64,000 nt of DNA from Vicugna vicugna (Eukaryota), in the NCBI GenBank assembly GCA_013265495.1, contig MU058687.1:3536001-3600000 (forward strand), in the 5' to 3' direction. Positions 12,703 to 25,700 of this stretch are shown here, one piece after another. Under the pieces are notes generated by a model. The model worked only from the letters and a program-made list of their open reading frames with translations, had not been told where the DNA came from and did not search any database. Each line of letters begins with the position of its first letter. The first letter of the stretch is position 1. Position numbers and translations under genes: made by a program.

Positions 12703-13168
12703 TGTCAACTGAAAAAAAATGCAGTGTGAGAGTTGTGAGTTAAGTTTTATTTGGGGCAAAATGAGGACTCTAGCCTGGGAGACAGCATTTCAGATAGCTC
12801 TGAGGAACTGCTCTGAAGAGGCAGCGGGGAAGGTCAGTATTCTATATGATTTTAGTGAAGGGGGGTACATGCAGTTAAGCACACATTTTGGCAGAGGTTT
12901 GCTGTTAGTCACAAGGAGTAGATGTCACTGTTAATAATTTTAGTGCTTTTTTAGATAAGAGGAAATGTAAGAATTTGGGTTCATAAAATCTTGTGAAAAT
13001 ATCTACCTCTCTGAAAGCCTGTTCTGCCAGTTTTCCCAGAACACTGAGTGCCTCATTCCTGATCTTCACCCTGAGCTCCTTTCAGGGTGTGTTGAAGGTC
13101 AGTGGCTGCAGCGGCTTGTGATTCAGTCCTTGTAGAGGTAGATGGCAAGTGCCAAGTTTTAGTTGGCA
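12703..13168 (-). mobile_element. ERV1-type solo LTR inserted in a MIR
   Basis: Terminal inverted repeats tgtcaact/agttggca, 4-bp TSD agtg/aatg, minus-strand AATAAA near 12745; MIR sequence on both flanks. Confidence 0.8.
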
Positions 13169-15942
13169 AATGGAACCTATCTCATAAGCTTGTTTGTGTA
13201 AGGAACTTAGAGGTGTGCCAGATATATAACAAGAACTGTGCTATTGTGACTATCAGCATTACTTTCTCAGTGCCTGGTGGAGGCCTGGCACATAGTAGGT
13301 GCTCAATGCCTATTTTTGAATAAATGGATAAATTAATGAATGGTTAGTTTGACTAGAACTTTGTTAGCTTCTACTGATATTTACTTGAGGGCAGTCACTG
13401 TGTGACAGTGACTAATAGTCTTTACTGTTAGTACATTTTAAATTGAGATTAGTACACATGTACACACTTCATGAAGACAATAAATAATCCTTAACTTTAT
13501 TACATGTAATGCATATGCATTCTTTTATTTTCTATTCTATCCTATCTCATTTTCAAAAAAAATTGGGTATCCCAACGATCAAGGAGACAGGACAATTTGA
13601 TAAACAATTCCCTTAAGAGATTTCTTCTTTACTGAACATTCCATGCGTAGGTATGTTAATATTGCCAGGTAGGCCTTGCGTATCTTTGCTTGGACTTTAA
13701 AAGATAGACTTACTCCCCTCATTTCTCTCATTTTCAAGTTCTTGGGACCTGTATACAATAGAGACCATTTCTTCCATTCTGTGGCTGGATCCATCCCATG
13801 GCCCAGGCTGTCCTTGAAGTCTGTGTGCCTTTCCAGGACCTGCAGATGGGACTTTTCCATGAAGCCCCAATTTTCCAGGTCCAGGTGGATCAGAAATGTG
13901 GCCTTAAAAGTAACTGCTTTTTTCAGAGATCTTGAGCTTCTTTGGCCAAGTTCAGACTTGGCTGAGGAAAAGTTGTCTTTTCTTTGAGGTCTCCGGGCTC
14001 CATTTTAACACTTTTGCCTCAGGTTGACTGGCACCAGCTGAGGATGGTCTTGGTCTTTCCCTGCTTCTGGGCCCAGCACACGTAAGTCACTGTCCCTTCA
14101 CCTCTGGATGTGGGCTGTTGGTTCCTGGGTCCCCCTTCCACACTGGGATAGCCTTCCACTGGCGTTCAACCTGGATTCCTCGGTTTTTGATAGCTGGTAT
14201 AGGTGAGCAGGAAAATGTGTTTTGCTGCTGGGGAACTTCGTACGATGGGGTTGGGTGGGCTACGATGTGCTGGAAGGAGAGGGTGGGGGCAGCGTGTCCT
14301 GATGTGGGTTTAGAACTGTATGGACTCTAGACGGTGGTGCCCTTTTGAATTGCACTGGCCCGAGCTCCATTTGCTGCCCTGGGTCATGCTCCCCAGTCTC
14401 TGATCACTCTTGGTTTTCTCCGGTGAATGGTAAGGACAGAATCCTTAGGAAACTTTCCTAGCCATCAGCTTGGTTCTTTTTAAGACTTGCATATAAATGC
14501 CACATGTGATACTAGTTGAAATCAAAGGAGAGGAAAGAAAAAGGCTGCATGGTCAGGGGAACTCAGTGGGTCAGTAATAACACTAACAACCCCAGCTACT
14601 ATTTACTGAGCGTTTCTGAGCCTTGACACAGTGGATCTGCCCCTGACTCAGCCTGGTAGCTGCGTCTCTGCTCTATATCTTGCAGTCCAGGAGACCTCTA
14701 TTCATCTTTGTTGCCTAAACATTTTAAGCTCTCTTCCACTGTTTCTTCAAAATGCTAAAGCTAGCCTTCTTAAACCATGGCCATTTAGGGCTCTTGTTTT
14801 TTCTGCAGTAGGAAGGTGAAAACTTCCACCTGTCTTCCCATACTCCTGTCTCTGTTCTTCATTACTTTTCAAAAATGTTAGAGCCTTAGTATATCCCCCC
14901 TACCAAAAGACTCAGAATGCAGACTCCTAAGATTCGCTGATTTTGTATGTGCTCACATTTTCCAAGTATTCCCTAGCCTATTTGTTTTTGATAGTTATTT
15001 TTGCAAAGTCTTCGTTACTTCCTAATTGTTGAAATGTGTTTCTTGCCCCCCTCCTTCTATCCTTTCCTGTACTTTGACTGCTCAAGAAGTGGATCATGGA
15101 TTTTTCTGGATTTCATGGAGTAAAATGTTAAAAAAAAAAAAAAGAAAGGCAGGGTAGCTTACCTAGGGTTGCTATCTTTAATTTTTCCAAATAAAGACAA
15201 TTACCGTTTACTTTTACCATCACTTCATAAAAGAAGTTGCCCAGTGGAGCCCTAGAAGCATGGCAGTTACCTTTATGGAGATGAGAGATGAGTTCTCATA
15301 GAAGCTCTCCTTCCTTGCTGATTCAAGTTTAGTGCAGCCTCTTGGCGCCCACTGTGTGCCCAGCACTTTAGTGGGCATAAAAGAAGGACAGGACTTTTGC
15401 TTTTACCCTCAGGGATCCCACAGGGCAGAGAAGACAAGCAGCTGTGTAGGACTGTAATTCTGGGTCTGCCTTCTCCATGAGTCTGTGCACTTTCGTAAAG
15501 GTAAAGATCATATCCTGTCTCCTACGTCCCACTGCACCAGCACAGTGTCTGACACATCATACACGCTCTGTCAATGTTTGCTCACTCATACTGAATCACA
15601 GGACAGTACAAGATCAAATATACATAGATCTTCAATTGAAGTCAATCATGTACCACTATTATACGATACTGAGTGGTAGGAGGGAGCAGGAAGGAGGTGG
15701 GTCACAGCTGACTCAAGCTGGTAGGAAGACTTCACAGAAGGAGATGATGAGATTTGATTTGAGATGGGCCAAATGAGTAGAAGTCCCATGACCTGGCAGT
15801 AATAGTGGGGCTCTGCTAGAAAGCAGCTTGAAGCCCAGGTGGTAATATCCAGGAAAAGTTGTGTCTTTGATTTGCCAGGTAATCTCTTATTTAGAGTTTA
15901 CATTAGCATGGGATGATGACAGACACCAAAGAACGTATATGG

Positions 15943-16165
15943 CAATGGTTCAAAATTGGAGGTGATTTTGCCCTCTAAGGGACATTTGGCAATGTCTGGA
16001 GACATTTTTGGTTCTTAAAACTGGGGGAAAGGTGCTATTGACATGTAGTTTGGGCATATGGGGTGCTGCTAAACATCTTATAATGCACAGGGCAGTTCTC
16101 TTCCTCCACCAAAGACTTGGCTGGCCTCACATGCTGACAGTGCTATAGTTTAAAAACTGATTTAG
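15943..16165. mobile_element. MER20-like hAT element
   Basis: gggacatttggcaatgtctggagacatttttgg...tgctgctaaacatcttataatgcacagg. Confidence 0.85.
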
Positions 16166-16667
16166 GGGAATTGATATGAAAAAGGAAATAAATATGATGC
16201 TATCAGCAGTATTTCATGATCATGAGAAGTGCCTGGAAACCAAAGCTGCTATTACAGGGTAACATTTACTTCTCTCCCTCTCTCTGAGGAACTTCATTCT
16301 CTCCCTTCATACTTGTCTTTCGTGACTTGTGTTGCAGGTGGCTTTCTCCTCTCTTGTTGCCTCCCCGTTGGCCTCAGAATTCCTGTTGGCCTCCTGCAAG
16401 TCAAGACCTCAGAACTACCTGGGGAAATCTATTGGGCAAAGAATAGAATTTGAAGATGGAAGCAGTGGTCTTGGTCCAACATATATCTTTACTTTCATGT
16501 CATCTAGGCTAAAAATCCTTCTGTTAAACTTCATGGGTTATGGATTTATTCAGAGGGACATTTTTGGCTTTGTCTCATTTCTAACCTGTTGAGTCCAAGT
16601 TCAGTTTTTTTCCCCCTAGGAGTGTGATAGCTGCATTTGTTTACCTTAGTGGAGACAGTAGCATTTA

Positions 16668-16945
16668 GAGGTGAATTTTCCAAACTATAGTCCCTGTTAA
16701 CATTAATTCTCTATATTAATAAGTATCCTCTAGAAAAAAGGGTTCAGAAAAAAGTATTTTAGCAGTCACATATCTAGGACATTACAGGGTTAAACTGATA
16801 TTTTACTGCAAGACTTTTTAGAGCATTTATTATTCATATGGGCATTTTGAATTTCCAAGAGAAAGAAGTAGTATTCCATATTCTCAAGCTTAACTGACCA
16901 TGGGACACATTTTGTAGAACGTGTATCAATAACTTAGTTTGTGAA
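16668..16945. mobile_element. Charlie4-like hAT fragment (related pieces at about 23500-23680, inverted, and about 56455-56580)
   Basis: tttactgcaagactttttagagcattta...tttccaagaga; reverse-complement-like match at 23560-23660. Confidence 0.55.
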
Positions 16946-17769
16946 CATATGGCCTTTAGAGCTATGTCACGAGACTTCAAATCTCTGCCTCCGTCACTGG
17001 TTTCTTTGGGTAGGGTCCTTGACTTTTTGAAGCCTCAGCTTCCTTATCTGGAAGTTAAAATTACATGTAAGTAAATAACACTTCCCTCACAAAGTATTCC
17101 TAATCTCATTCTTCCATTGATACCACATGGTTCTACATGTTGCTGGTGACAGGAATGTCTTTCCTACTAGACTGAAATTACTGACAGCCTAGATGATATC
17201 TCATGATCTTTGTATTCTCAGTTCTTCCCCCAATTCCTGGCACATCATGGCCTCAATAAATGCTAATTGAATGAAGCAATGGATAATGTATATGATGTAT
17301 ATAATGCACCTTGTACAGTCTTAGTGAATGTTAGTTCTTACCTGGCTCCTTCTCTTATCTCTCCTCATGTGTAAAAGCTTTCTGGAAGAGTAGGAAGGAG
17401 GTGGAATTGGGCCACAGAGTGATGGTAACTTTGGCCTTGACGTTTCAGGCGGCTAAAGGCTTCATGAGGATTCATGCTTTATCCATGTGTCAGTTAGCCA
17501 GTGTGTATCAGAGGCTTCCTTAAGGAAAGTGTGCTCATGTATTTGTAACTCTGTGACTCAGAGTTAACATTGGTTAGTTCTTATCTGGTGCATTCTATTC
17601 AATATGGGACACCAGCTGTTAGGAGGGAGGGTACTGGTTTCCTTACTGCTTCTGCAAAGCACTGCAGAGAGGGCAGGAGAAACATTCACAAGCTGATGAG
17701 GGTCTTCCTGGGTGGGTACTGGAGGACACAGATGTTCCAAATTACGATGAATGGTGAAGGAAATGGTGG

Positions 17770-18085
17770 TGTGAGGCATGCTGGTCAGGCGTTTTGTACA
17801 CGGTCCCTCAGTTGGGGTTTGCTTGATGTATTTCTCATGATTCGACTGGGGATGTAGGTTCTGGAGAGAAGACCACAGAGGTGGAGAGCCCGTCTCATCA
17901 CATCCTACCAATATGATTTTTCACTGATGACACGGACCTGGCTACCTGGCTGACAGCATCTGTCAGGTTTCTCCAACTTAAAGTGATTATTGGTTTTGCC
18001 CCTTTTATACTGTCCTCTTTAGAAGGAAGCCACTATAGACAGCCCACACTAATGGAGTGGGAAGTTATGCTCCCCTTCCTTGGCA
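17770..18085 (-). mobile_element. Old L1MC/L1MD-like 3' UTR fragment
   Basis: tttctcatgattcgactgggg...aagaccacagaggtg...catcacatc. Confidence 0.65.
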
Positions 18086-18802
18086 AGAGTCTTCAGTTTT
18101 AAATGAAAAAAATTTATATTAACTTTTGTTTGCCTCCCAAGTCTCTTGCAGAGCACCAGGGGTAGTGAGTGAGCCCATTCTCATTCTTCTTCCATGTCAG
18201 ACAGCTCATCAAGGCAAGGGATTTACTTAAATTAACAGATGACTATCCCTCCCGGTAGAAGGGTTATCAGAATGGTAAATTTGTTAATTACTCTTCTCTC
18301 CTGCTTCTTCCAAGTAGAGATCTTGAGAGAGATGAGACAAGTCTATCTTAAGTGAGGGCTGCAACTCAGGAAGCTGGGAGGTTGAGGAAGAGGGCTGGCC
18401 GGCCACTTACCAAAAACGAAGTGGAGGGAGGTAGATGTAGAACTGAAGTGGCCTGAAGGGAAACGATGTGGCTAAGAGGGAACTGAGGGGGAGTTTGGTC
18501 CCTGGGCCTAACTGAAATTTCTCAGTCTGTGCTATCCATCAGCATTTCTTCAGGATTACTGCTTGTGCCTCTGCTAATGGGAGTTGAGGAGAAATGTTTA
18601 TCCTGGGACAGTGGCTGGAAGGAGGGGCTGCTTGGAGTGTCTGTGGCCTTTTGTTCCCAACTTGCTGCCATTATCCTCCACATCAAGCCTTGGCTGCTCT
18701 CACCCAGTGTTGAATGTTTATGTTCAGTTCTGCCACTAACTGACTGTCTGAACGTTCATCTCCCATTTCCTCGTCTGCAAAATGATGTGTTATAGTTTGA
18801 AC

Positions 18803-18998
18803 CAGGAAGGGTCAGTATAGGCACTAGTGATGCTTGATTCCTTTTCATACTTCCGGCAGATATTGCTAATTGATCGCACCACTCTCTCCGGCTGAGACAG
18901 AGGCGGCTGCAGAATTTTTCTCGACACGGTGCTGCAGGTATTAACTACATATTAGTTGGGGTGGGCAACAAGTAAATGATTTTCCATTTCCACACTAG
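18803..18998. mobile_element. Ancient hAT-type non-autonomous element (subfamily uncertain)
   Basis: ggcagatattgctaattgatcgcacc...cagaatttttctcgacac resembles a recalled MER consensus. Confidence 0.5.
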
Positions 18999-20304
18999 AT
19001 GTTCTTTTGTGGCCTTAAGATATTAAGATTCAGGTTTACATAATTCATTCATTATTCCATCAACAAATATTTCTGAGTACCTACATGAGCTAGGCATTGT
19101 ACTGGAGGCTGGGTACATATTGGTGAGTAAAATAAATATGGTCTCTGTCTTTGCGGAGCTTAGAGATTGTAAATTCTTTGAAAAATGTCATGTGTTGTAT
19201 CTCAGTTGCTCTTGGTACAGTTGAAAGCAGTCAAAATCAGCCAATGTTGGGAGGGGTAGGAAGCAGATTTTATTAACCACCCTGGGCAAGGTTCAAATAT
19301 ATTATCTCATTTAATCCTCACAGCCACCTTATATGTTAGGTAGCAGTAGTCACAATTTACAAGTGAGAAAAGCAAAGCGCATAGAAGGGGTTGCCCAAGA
19401 GCCAAGAGTGGTAAGTGATAGGGCAGATACTGACTTTTCTCGGTCTGATGCCAACAGCAATAATTTTTAAACCACACCTCATTCTTCCAACCTTTTGTTC
19501 CTTAATAAAGAGGGAGTGTCTTCAGTAAAGAAGGAGGGCGGATTAGGGAGAAAGGGAGAGGCTAGGCCCATGTAGATGCTGGAGGTGCTGGCTGAAGCTG
19601 CATGTGGGACTGCTGCAGCCAGTCAGCGCAGGAGCAGGGCTCTGGCTAGAATGATGACATAAATGAGGCCAGCCCAGGAAATGTGCCTCCAGATCATTTA
19701 TCACATCAGGTCAGCCTGATTTCCTCCTAGGTCTACCTTGGACTTAACAATGTAACCAATCCTCTCCCAGTTTCTACCAGCTGCTCAAATCTCTGAGATT
19801 TCTTCCTGTGCTTTTGTGTTGCCTCGAGATTGGGTTGTGCCCTAGAAACATGTTGGGGGAAGAGGAGGAAGGGGGCGAATATTGGGTACAGCTGGGTTGA
19901 ATTTGCCCCACCCTGGATGGGGCTCTGCTCCAAGCCTACATCTCTATCAGGCCAGAATATTCAGCCCAGCCTTGCTCTATTCTTACATTAAGTACAAAGC
20001 TTTCCACCAGAACTTTGCAGTTCAGCCCCTGAATGCCCAGACTTTTATTCACAGAGACTGATGATGTACAGAGTTTGGAGGTCTAGAAAGTCCTCCTTGA
20101 ATACTAGGTCTGAGCTGGGTGAAATAAAGGTCTATCTTGGAAAATAAACAGGGAAGAGAATCTTTAAGGCTTCACTTAGTTATTTCCAGAGACTAGGAAG
20201 ACACGTTTTCTCATAGAGAAGTGCTCCTTTTCTTCAATAACAATTCAGTGGGCTACGGGAATCTCTCATCCCTTACGAGTGAACTAAACATCCCGGTTGG
20301 TCCT

Positions 20305-22330
20305 GTTGTTTTCATTTCCCTTTCCCTGAGAGCAAAGCCTGGAGCAAGGACTTGGGTGCAGGTAGTTATTTATTAGGGAGTGGTGGTGAACACTGGTTGC
20401 ACCATCTGAGTCTTCCCTTAGGAATGACGAGCTGGTTCCCCATCTGCTGGGAGTGCTGTAGCTGAGAGCCCTGGTCTTCAGTTACAAAGAGCTGCCCAAT
20501 TTCACAGTCACACCCACTTTTGGGAGTGCTTGCATCCAGTGACTGATGGAAGCCAGGGTACAAAGCTCTAGCCCCCTCCCTCAACTCAGGATACCCCAGA
20601 GGTGTCATCTCAGCTTCAAAACCCCTCTGAGGGTCAGTGGAGTCTCACCTGGTGCTTCCTTCCCTCCCCCACTGAGCGTTTTGTTGATTCCTAGAGCCCT
20701 TTGTAATGAACCTGTCAGAGGTGCCTGATATGGTCTGGGAAAGCAGATGCCAGAATGGGGCTTGGGAGCTGGATCACCATTACCTGGTTGGCAGTGAGGA
20801 CTGTGTTACTTATAATAGGTGGAATGGTGCAAACTTTGGTCTGTGGTGACTTGGGAAGTACACCAGGGAAAAGAATAGATTAGCTGGTGCAGTGTATCAG
20901 CATTTGTGAAATATGGGATAAATAGTAGCCACAAGGACAGCAAAATTGGGTAGATGTTGCTAAGCTCAATAATGCTTTGGAAGAAGACATCGAAGGGTTG
21001 GGAGTGATTAATCACAACTATAAAGCTAAGTGGGAAGGCCAGAGGACTTCCTATAGCATGTAAAGAGGTTCTCATCACCAGCAGAAGGAGAGCAGGGAAA
21101 GCTGAGGCCCTGGCTCAGGACTTAGTCATTAGAAAGATGAGCTGAGTTCAAAGAACGTTAAACTCTCAACATAAGCAAGTGCTTAGGTCGAGTCTAACCA
21201 AGTTCAGGGCCCTGGTTAGGAAAGAATGGGATTGTGACACATGACATGGGGAATTACAGTTGATGTATCTGAGAGTCTTGAAGAGTCAGATTTTCCCATG
21301 CCTGCTGAGCCTGCAGGAATGACCCTTCCTCCCTATTAAGGGCTAGTGCTCTCCTTTCCTGGAAGACAAAGCAAAGATCTCTGCAGGACAGCGTGTGCCT
21401 CCCTAAGAATGCCACACTTACCCCCCTGGTCACTGGGCTGAAAATCAGGGCATGGTGACAATACCTGGCTAGGGACAAACTGGGCCTGATAAGAAAGAAA
21501 AGGAACATTCCTCAGAGGAGCTGTAGGACGCAAACCACGTATTCCATTGGAGCCGAGAAAGCATGCTTGGGGCTGGGTTTTGAGATGCATGATTGAGATG
21601 GAGTGGAACACGGAATTGGTTGAGGAAGAGTTTATCAATTTGGGAGCAAGTCCTCTGCCTGGGGGCACACTGCTGGGATAGGTCCTAGAAGCTTGGAAAA
21701 AGTGTTGGCCCAGACTAAGAGATGCCAGAATTTCTCTGGTGCTTGGTGGGAGGAAGGGTCACAATGTGGAGAGAAATGAGCATTGTAGAGTACGTGTGTG
21801 GTCAATGCCAGAAAACCGACAGAGGATGATGTTCCGTGGAAGACACCGGGGATTTATGGAAAGCAGTAAGGAATCTGCTGGTAAGAGGAATCCCCTCATC
21901 AGTGAGATGGCTCTTCTCCAGAGGCCACGGGCTGACGGCAGGAGATGTCTGCACAGAATAGGGCTCGATGAGAGTCCCGGGGAAGAGAGGAGCCAGAGGC
22001 AATAGAACCCAGGTGCTGGTGCTCACCTTCAGAAGCCAGGTGGACACAGTCGTCGTCGTTAAGTGGGAAGGTCACAGGCAGTCAGAGGGGTGCTCAGCTG
22101 TGGAGTTGAGGGATGGCTAATTGAACACAGTGTCTCTAGGGGCAGCTGACAAGGCTGCTGCTCTATCTGCAAAACCAAAAGAAATTGAGGACAGATCAGC
22201 TGGATGATCATCCACGGCTGTTCACTCGGGTAACTACATGGGAGAAAGGAGAATGACCTAAACTTGTGAAGGACTGTTGACACAGGATCAGAATAGACTT
22301 TGACCTGGAGACCTGAAGTGTCATTTTGAC
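20305..22330 (+). mobile_element. ERVL-class provirus remnant: LTR16/LTR33-like LTR followed by degenerate gag
   Basis: LTR start gagcaaagcctggagcaaggacttgggtgcaggtagtt; gag-like RALVRKEWD (about 21206-21232) and EEEFINLGA (about 21622-21648); many stops and frameshifts. Confidence 0.75.
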
Positions 22331-22399
22331 TCTGGCTGGTTGGAATGTGAACTCTTCTGAGGACTGCTTTGCCTACTCCTTTTCAGTGGGTCTTCCCCC

Positions 22400-22792
22400 A
22401 AGTCTCGGGTCATTCCTTCTCACAGATGTGCACCTTGGTGCTCAGCAAATTACTCTAGAAGAGCTTTCTGCGGTATCTCCTCTCTGGAGCTCTGCCCCAC
22501 AAACTAGAGCCACCAGGGGGTTCTTGATCTTGGATTTCTGGCTCCCCAACTCAGAGCCTGCCAAGCTGTTTGTTTTTGGTCAGAAACTGCCTTCATGCGG
22601 TACAGAAAGCTGGTGTGATAGGGGTTCATCTGACTTGATTTTCTTTTCTCAGTGATCACAGTCCTGTGTTGCCTGTTATCTGATCTCTGAAAACTTTCAT
22701 GTTCCTATGTTTTCTCTGGTTTTCCAAGCTGTCTAAGGTGGGAGAGTAAATCTAGGCCCTGTTACTCCATCCTGCCCAGGAGTAAAAGTCCT
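22400..22792 (-). mobile_element. Old L1ME-like 5' end fragment
   Basis: gatcacagtcctgtgttgcctgtt...ctgttactccatcctgcccaggagtaaaagtcc. Confidence 0.6.
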
Positions 22793-25700
22793 CCAATGGT
22801 TGTGGTCAGAGTTCTATAGCTTAGCCACTAACTTGACCAAGACGTGCCAGGATTTTTCAGCTGAAATGGATGATTTTTCTGCCCAGTGGAAGTACATCTC
22901 CCTTTTATTAACAGGCCTCATTGGAGGCTGGTTGGTATCTCTGTAATTGATATGAGTAGCTCATTGGCAGGTCTGAGTACCCATCACTCACCTTGAACTG
23001 GAGACAGCTGTATGTGCTGACAGAGTGCTTCAAGGTGAGGGCCGTTTGGTCTGGGTAGTGGCTACCAAGGATGTCTGATGGAAGCAGGAGCGAGGGAGTG
23101 TGTAAAATTGGGAAGGCCACAGAGGTGAGTGTGGGATGTATAAGGGGAAGCAAAATTTAATGGGTGGGGATCCAAGTAAGCATACAAGGGACAGAAGGGG
23201 CCAAAGCAGAGGTGGGAAGCAGGGACTGAGGTCCCATGACTGTTGCTTTGCCTGGGCCTGGAATACCAGAGGTTCTTAATGGGAGGGTGAGTGAGCCCAG
23301 TTAAAGATGCAGAGAAAGGGGATGCTGGCAGGATGGGCCTGAGGAGCTGGCTTTGACTCTTCTACCTGGAGGACATCCTTTATTCCTTTCCTTTTAAGTC
23401 TGAGCCCTCCCAGAGAGCTTCCGACTTTGGTTCAGAAGCCCATGAAACAGTTTGGCCTTCCCTAGAAGGTCATGGAGAGATGTAATTCCAGTGTCCAGTG
23501 CAGCTTTTCCAGAAGTGACTTCTTAGAGCACAATCCTGTGAGGTGACTTGCCTCCCTTGTCAAATAAATTTGGGAAATACCGCAATCCACACCCTCATCT
23601 TGAAGAGTCATTAGCACGTTAAAAGTTCTTAGAAACACTGCAATGAAGAAAGCTGTTTAATTTTACCTACCTTTTCCTCACTTTGCCGCAGGAAACAGGG
23701 AGCCCTACTATGGTAACTGGCTGGGGGGTGGCGGGGCACACACATTCCGTCTATAATAGGAATTGTGAGTAAGAGATTGTGATCAGTTTCATATCATGCT
23801 CACTACCAGTGCAGCCATACTGGTCCTTGTGTTTCTGGGCTGCTCTAGCTAGACAGGGTGTTTGCATGAGCAGCCTAGCTTGTTCCTTGTCCTAGAGCTG
23901 CCCCTACCCACTCTGGTTCTTCAGTGGCTGCCTCATTCTTGTTCCTGCACTCACCTCACCTGCTCACAGACGCTTTCCTGACCGCCCTGCCTAAAGCAGG
24001 CCTCTGCAGTAATTTTATTTTATTTATAGGACTTCTTCTCTTCTGAAATGATCTTATTTACCTGTCCTTTTGTTCAAATGAGATTTCCAGGAGATCTGGG
24101 ATCTTACCTCCTGCACCGTGGCCTGCTCAGTCATCTGTTTCTTCATACATGATACTAATGGCCATCAGGTCTGATTGAACCCTCCTTTGGGACAGGCAGT
24201 GCTCTTGGAGCTTTCCCTATGTTTTCATGTTTTCAAGATTTGTTGACTAAATCAATGAGGGGAGGCCTCTCCCTGTGCCCCATATAACTCTGGCCCACAT
24301 GTAGTCCTACTTTGATGATTATGACTGGCACCAGCCCTCTTCCTCTATCACATCACTGGGACCCACATTTCACAAGCAGATCATAACTTACCTGTTGATT
24401 CCCTTCTTACCAATGGTTAAAATTAATTGGGTGTATTTTTTGTTTTAAATACCAACTTTACAACTTGCTTTGATATGTTGATTTTGGCTTTGCTGCTAAC
24501 CGCCCCCCCCCCCCGCCCCTGCAGTGTTTCTGAACTGTGCCAGAGTGTTGCTGAAAAGCCCTTCACTGGGCTGGTAATACCCAAAGAGGGGCTCCTTGGT
24601 GGCAGGAACTCTCCCTCACCTCCATCACCAGGTGTTTACTGAGCAAGTAACACAGGACAGGCACTGGGAAAAGTGCTGGGGACAGTGTTGAACATGGCAG
24701 GCACTCCCTGGACCCCTGTGCTTACATCCTAGAGGAGTTTTATGGTGGCTCTGCACATCTCATTGTGTTAACCCAGGACTGAGCATTCATTTATTCAGTC
24801 ATCTGTTCACTCTTTCACCGGTATTTGGGTACTGACCTGGTTCCAGGCACTGTACTTAGTGCAGTCGTGCCACAGTTACTATCCACAGACATGTAACTCT
24901 CAGGACAGTGTATAGGAGGAGGGGACAGAGTTAAAAATCACACCAGCTACATGGTATATTGAGCTGCATGAGGGGGTTTGATATAGTTTGGGGTACCAGG
25001 GAGGGCTTCCTTGATCTGAAAGATGAGGAAGTGTTCACTGGATGCAGTGGACTGCTTTTCCTGACACTGAGAACAGAAGTGCCCTGAGGTGGGAGGAAGT
25101 GGTGATGGTCTGGAAACCCAGAGAAGGCCAGTGAGCTGGGAGCCAGGGAGAAGGGGCATTGAGTAGGTGCATGTGGACAAATAGGAACTCTAACCATGGG
25201 TTGTATTTAAACAAAGGCTTTTTTTGTGTGTGTAACGCAATTGTAGGTTTGCAGCAAATGATTCTCCTTACCAGGGAGACTGAGGCTGGAGACTGACATG
25301 CCCTTTGAAAGAGGCCCTGTGCTGGGTGTCTGCGAGGAGCAGAGGGCTGGTGCAAGAGCTGATGCTGAGCACTGCAGGCTTGTAGAATACATACCACCAG
25401 GAATAGATTGTTATCCACTGCCTCCTCTGAATCCCTTCCCTCTTGCAGAGAGGTGACTGTTTGTACAAGTCAAACATTGATTCAGCTGCTGGTGGAAAGG
25501 GGTTCTGGGGTAGAGGGGGAGGGGCCGCCTGCAGGGAGTGGGGAGGAAGGCAGGAGAGGAAAACTGGCAGAGGATGAGAGTTGGGGGAGGACCACTCAAG
25601 GGTTAATTCCTCCTGCCTGTGTCTCTGCCCCTCTCTGCTAGCAGGCTGTATTTATAGATGGGATAATTGCAGAGGCTTTGAAAGCAGCACACTGGAAGAG

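Noticed and set aside
22508..22524. CTCF-like ccaccaggggg (and ccaggtggcag near 35335)
   Set aside because: Partial matches inside repeats
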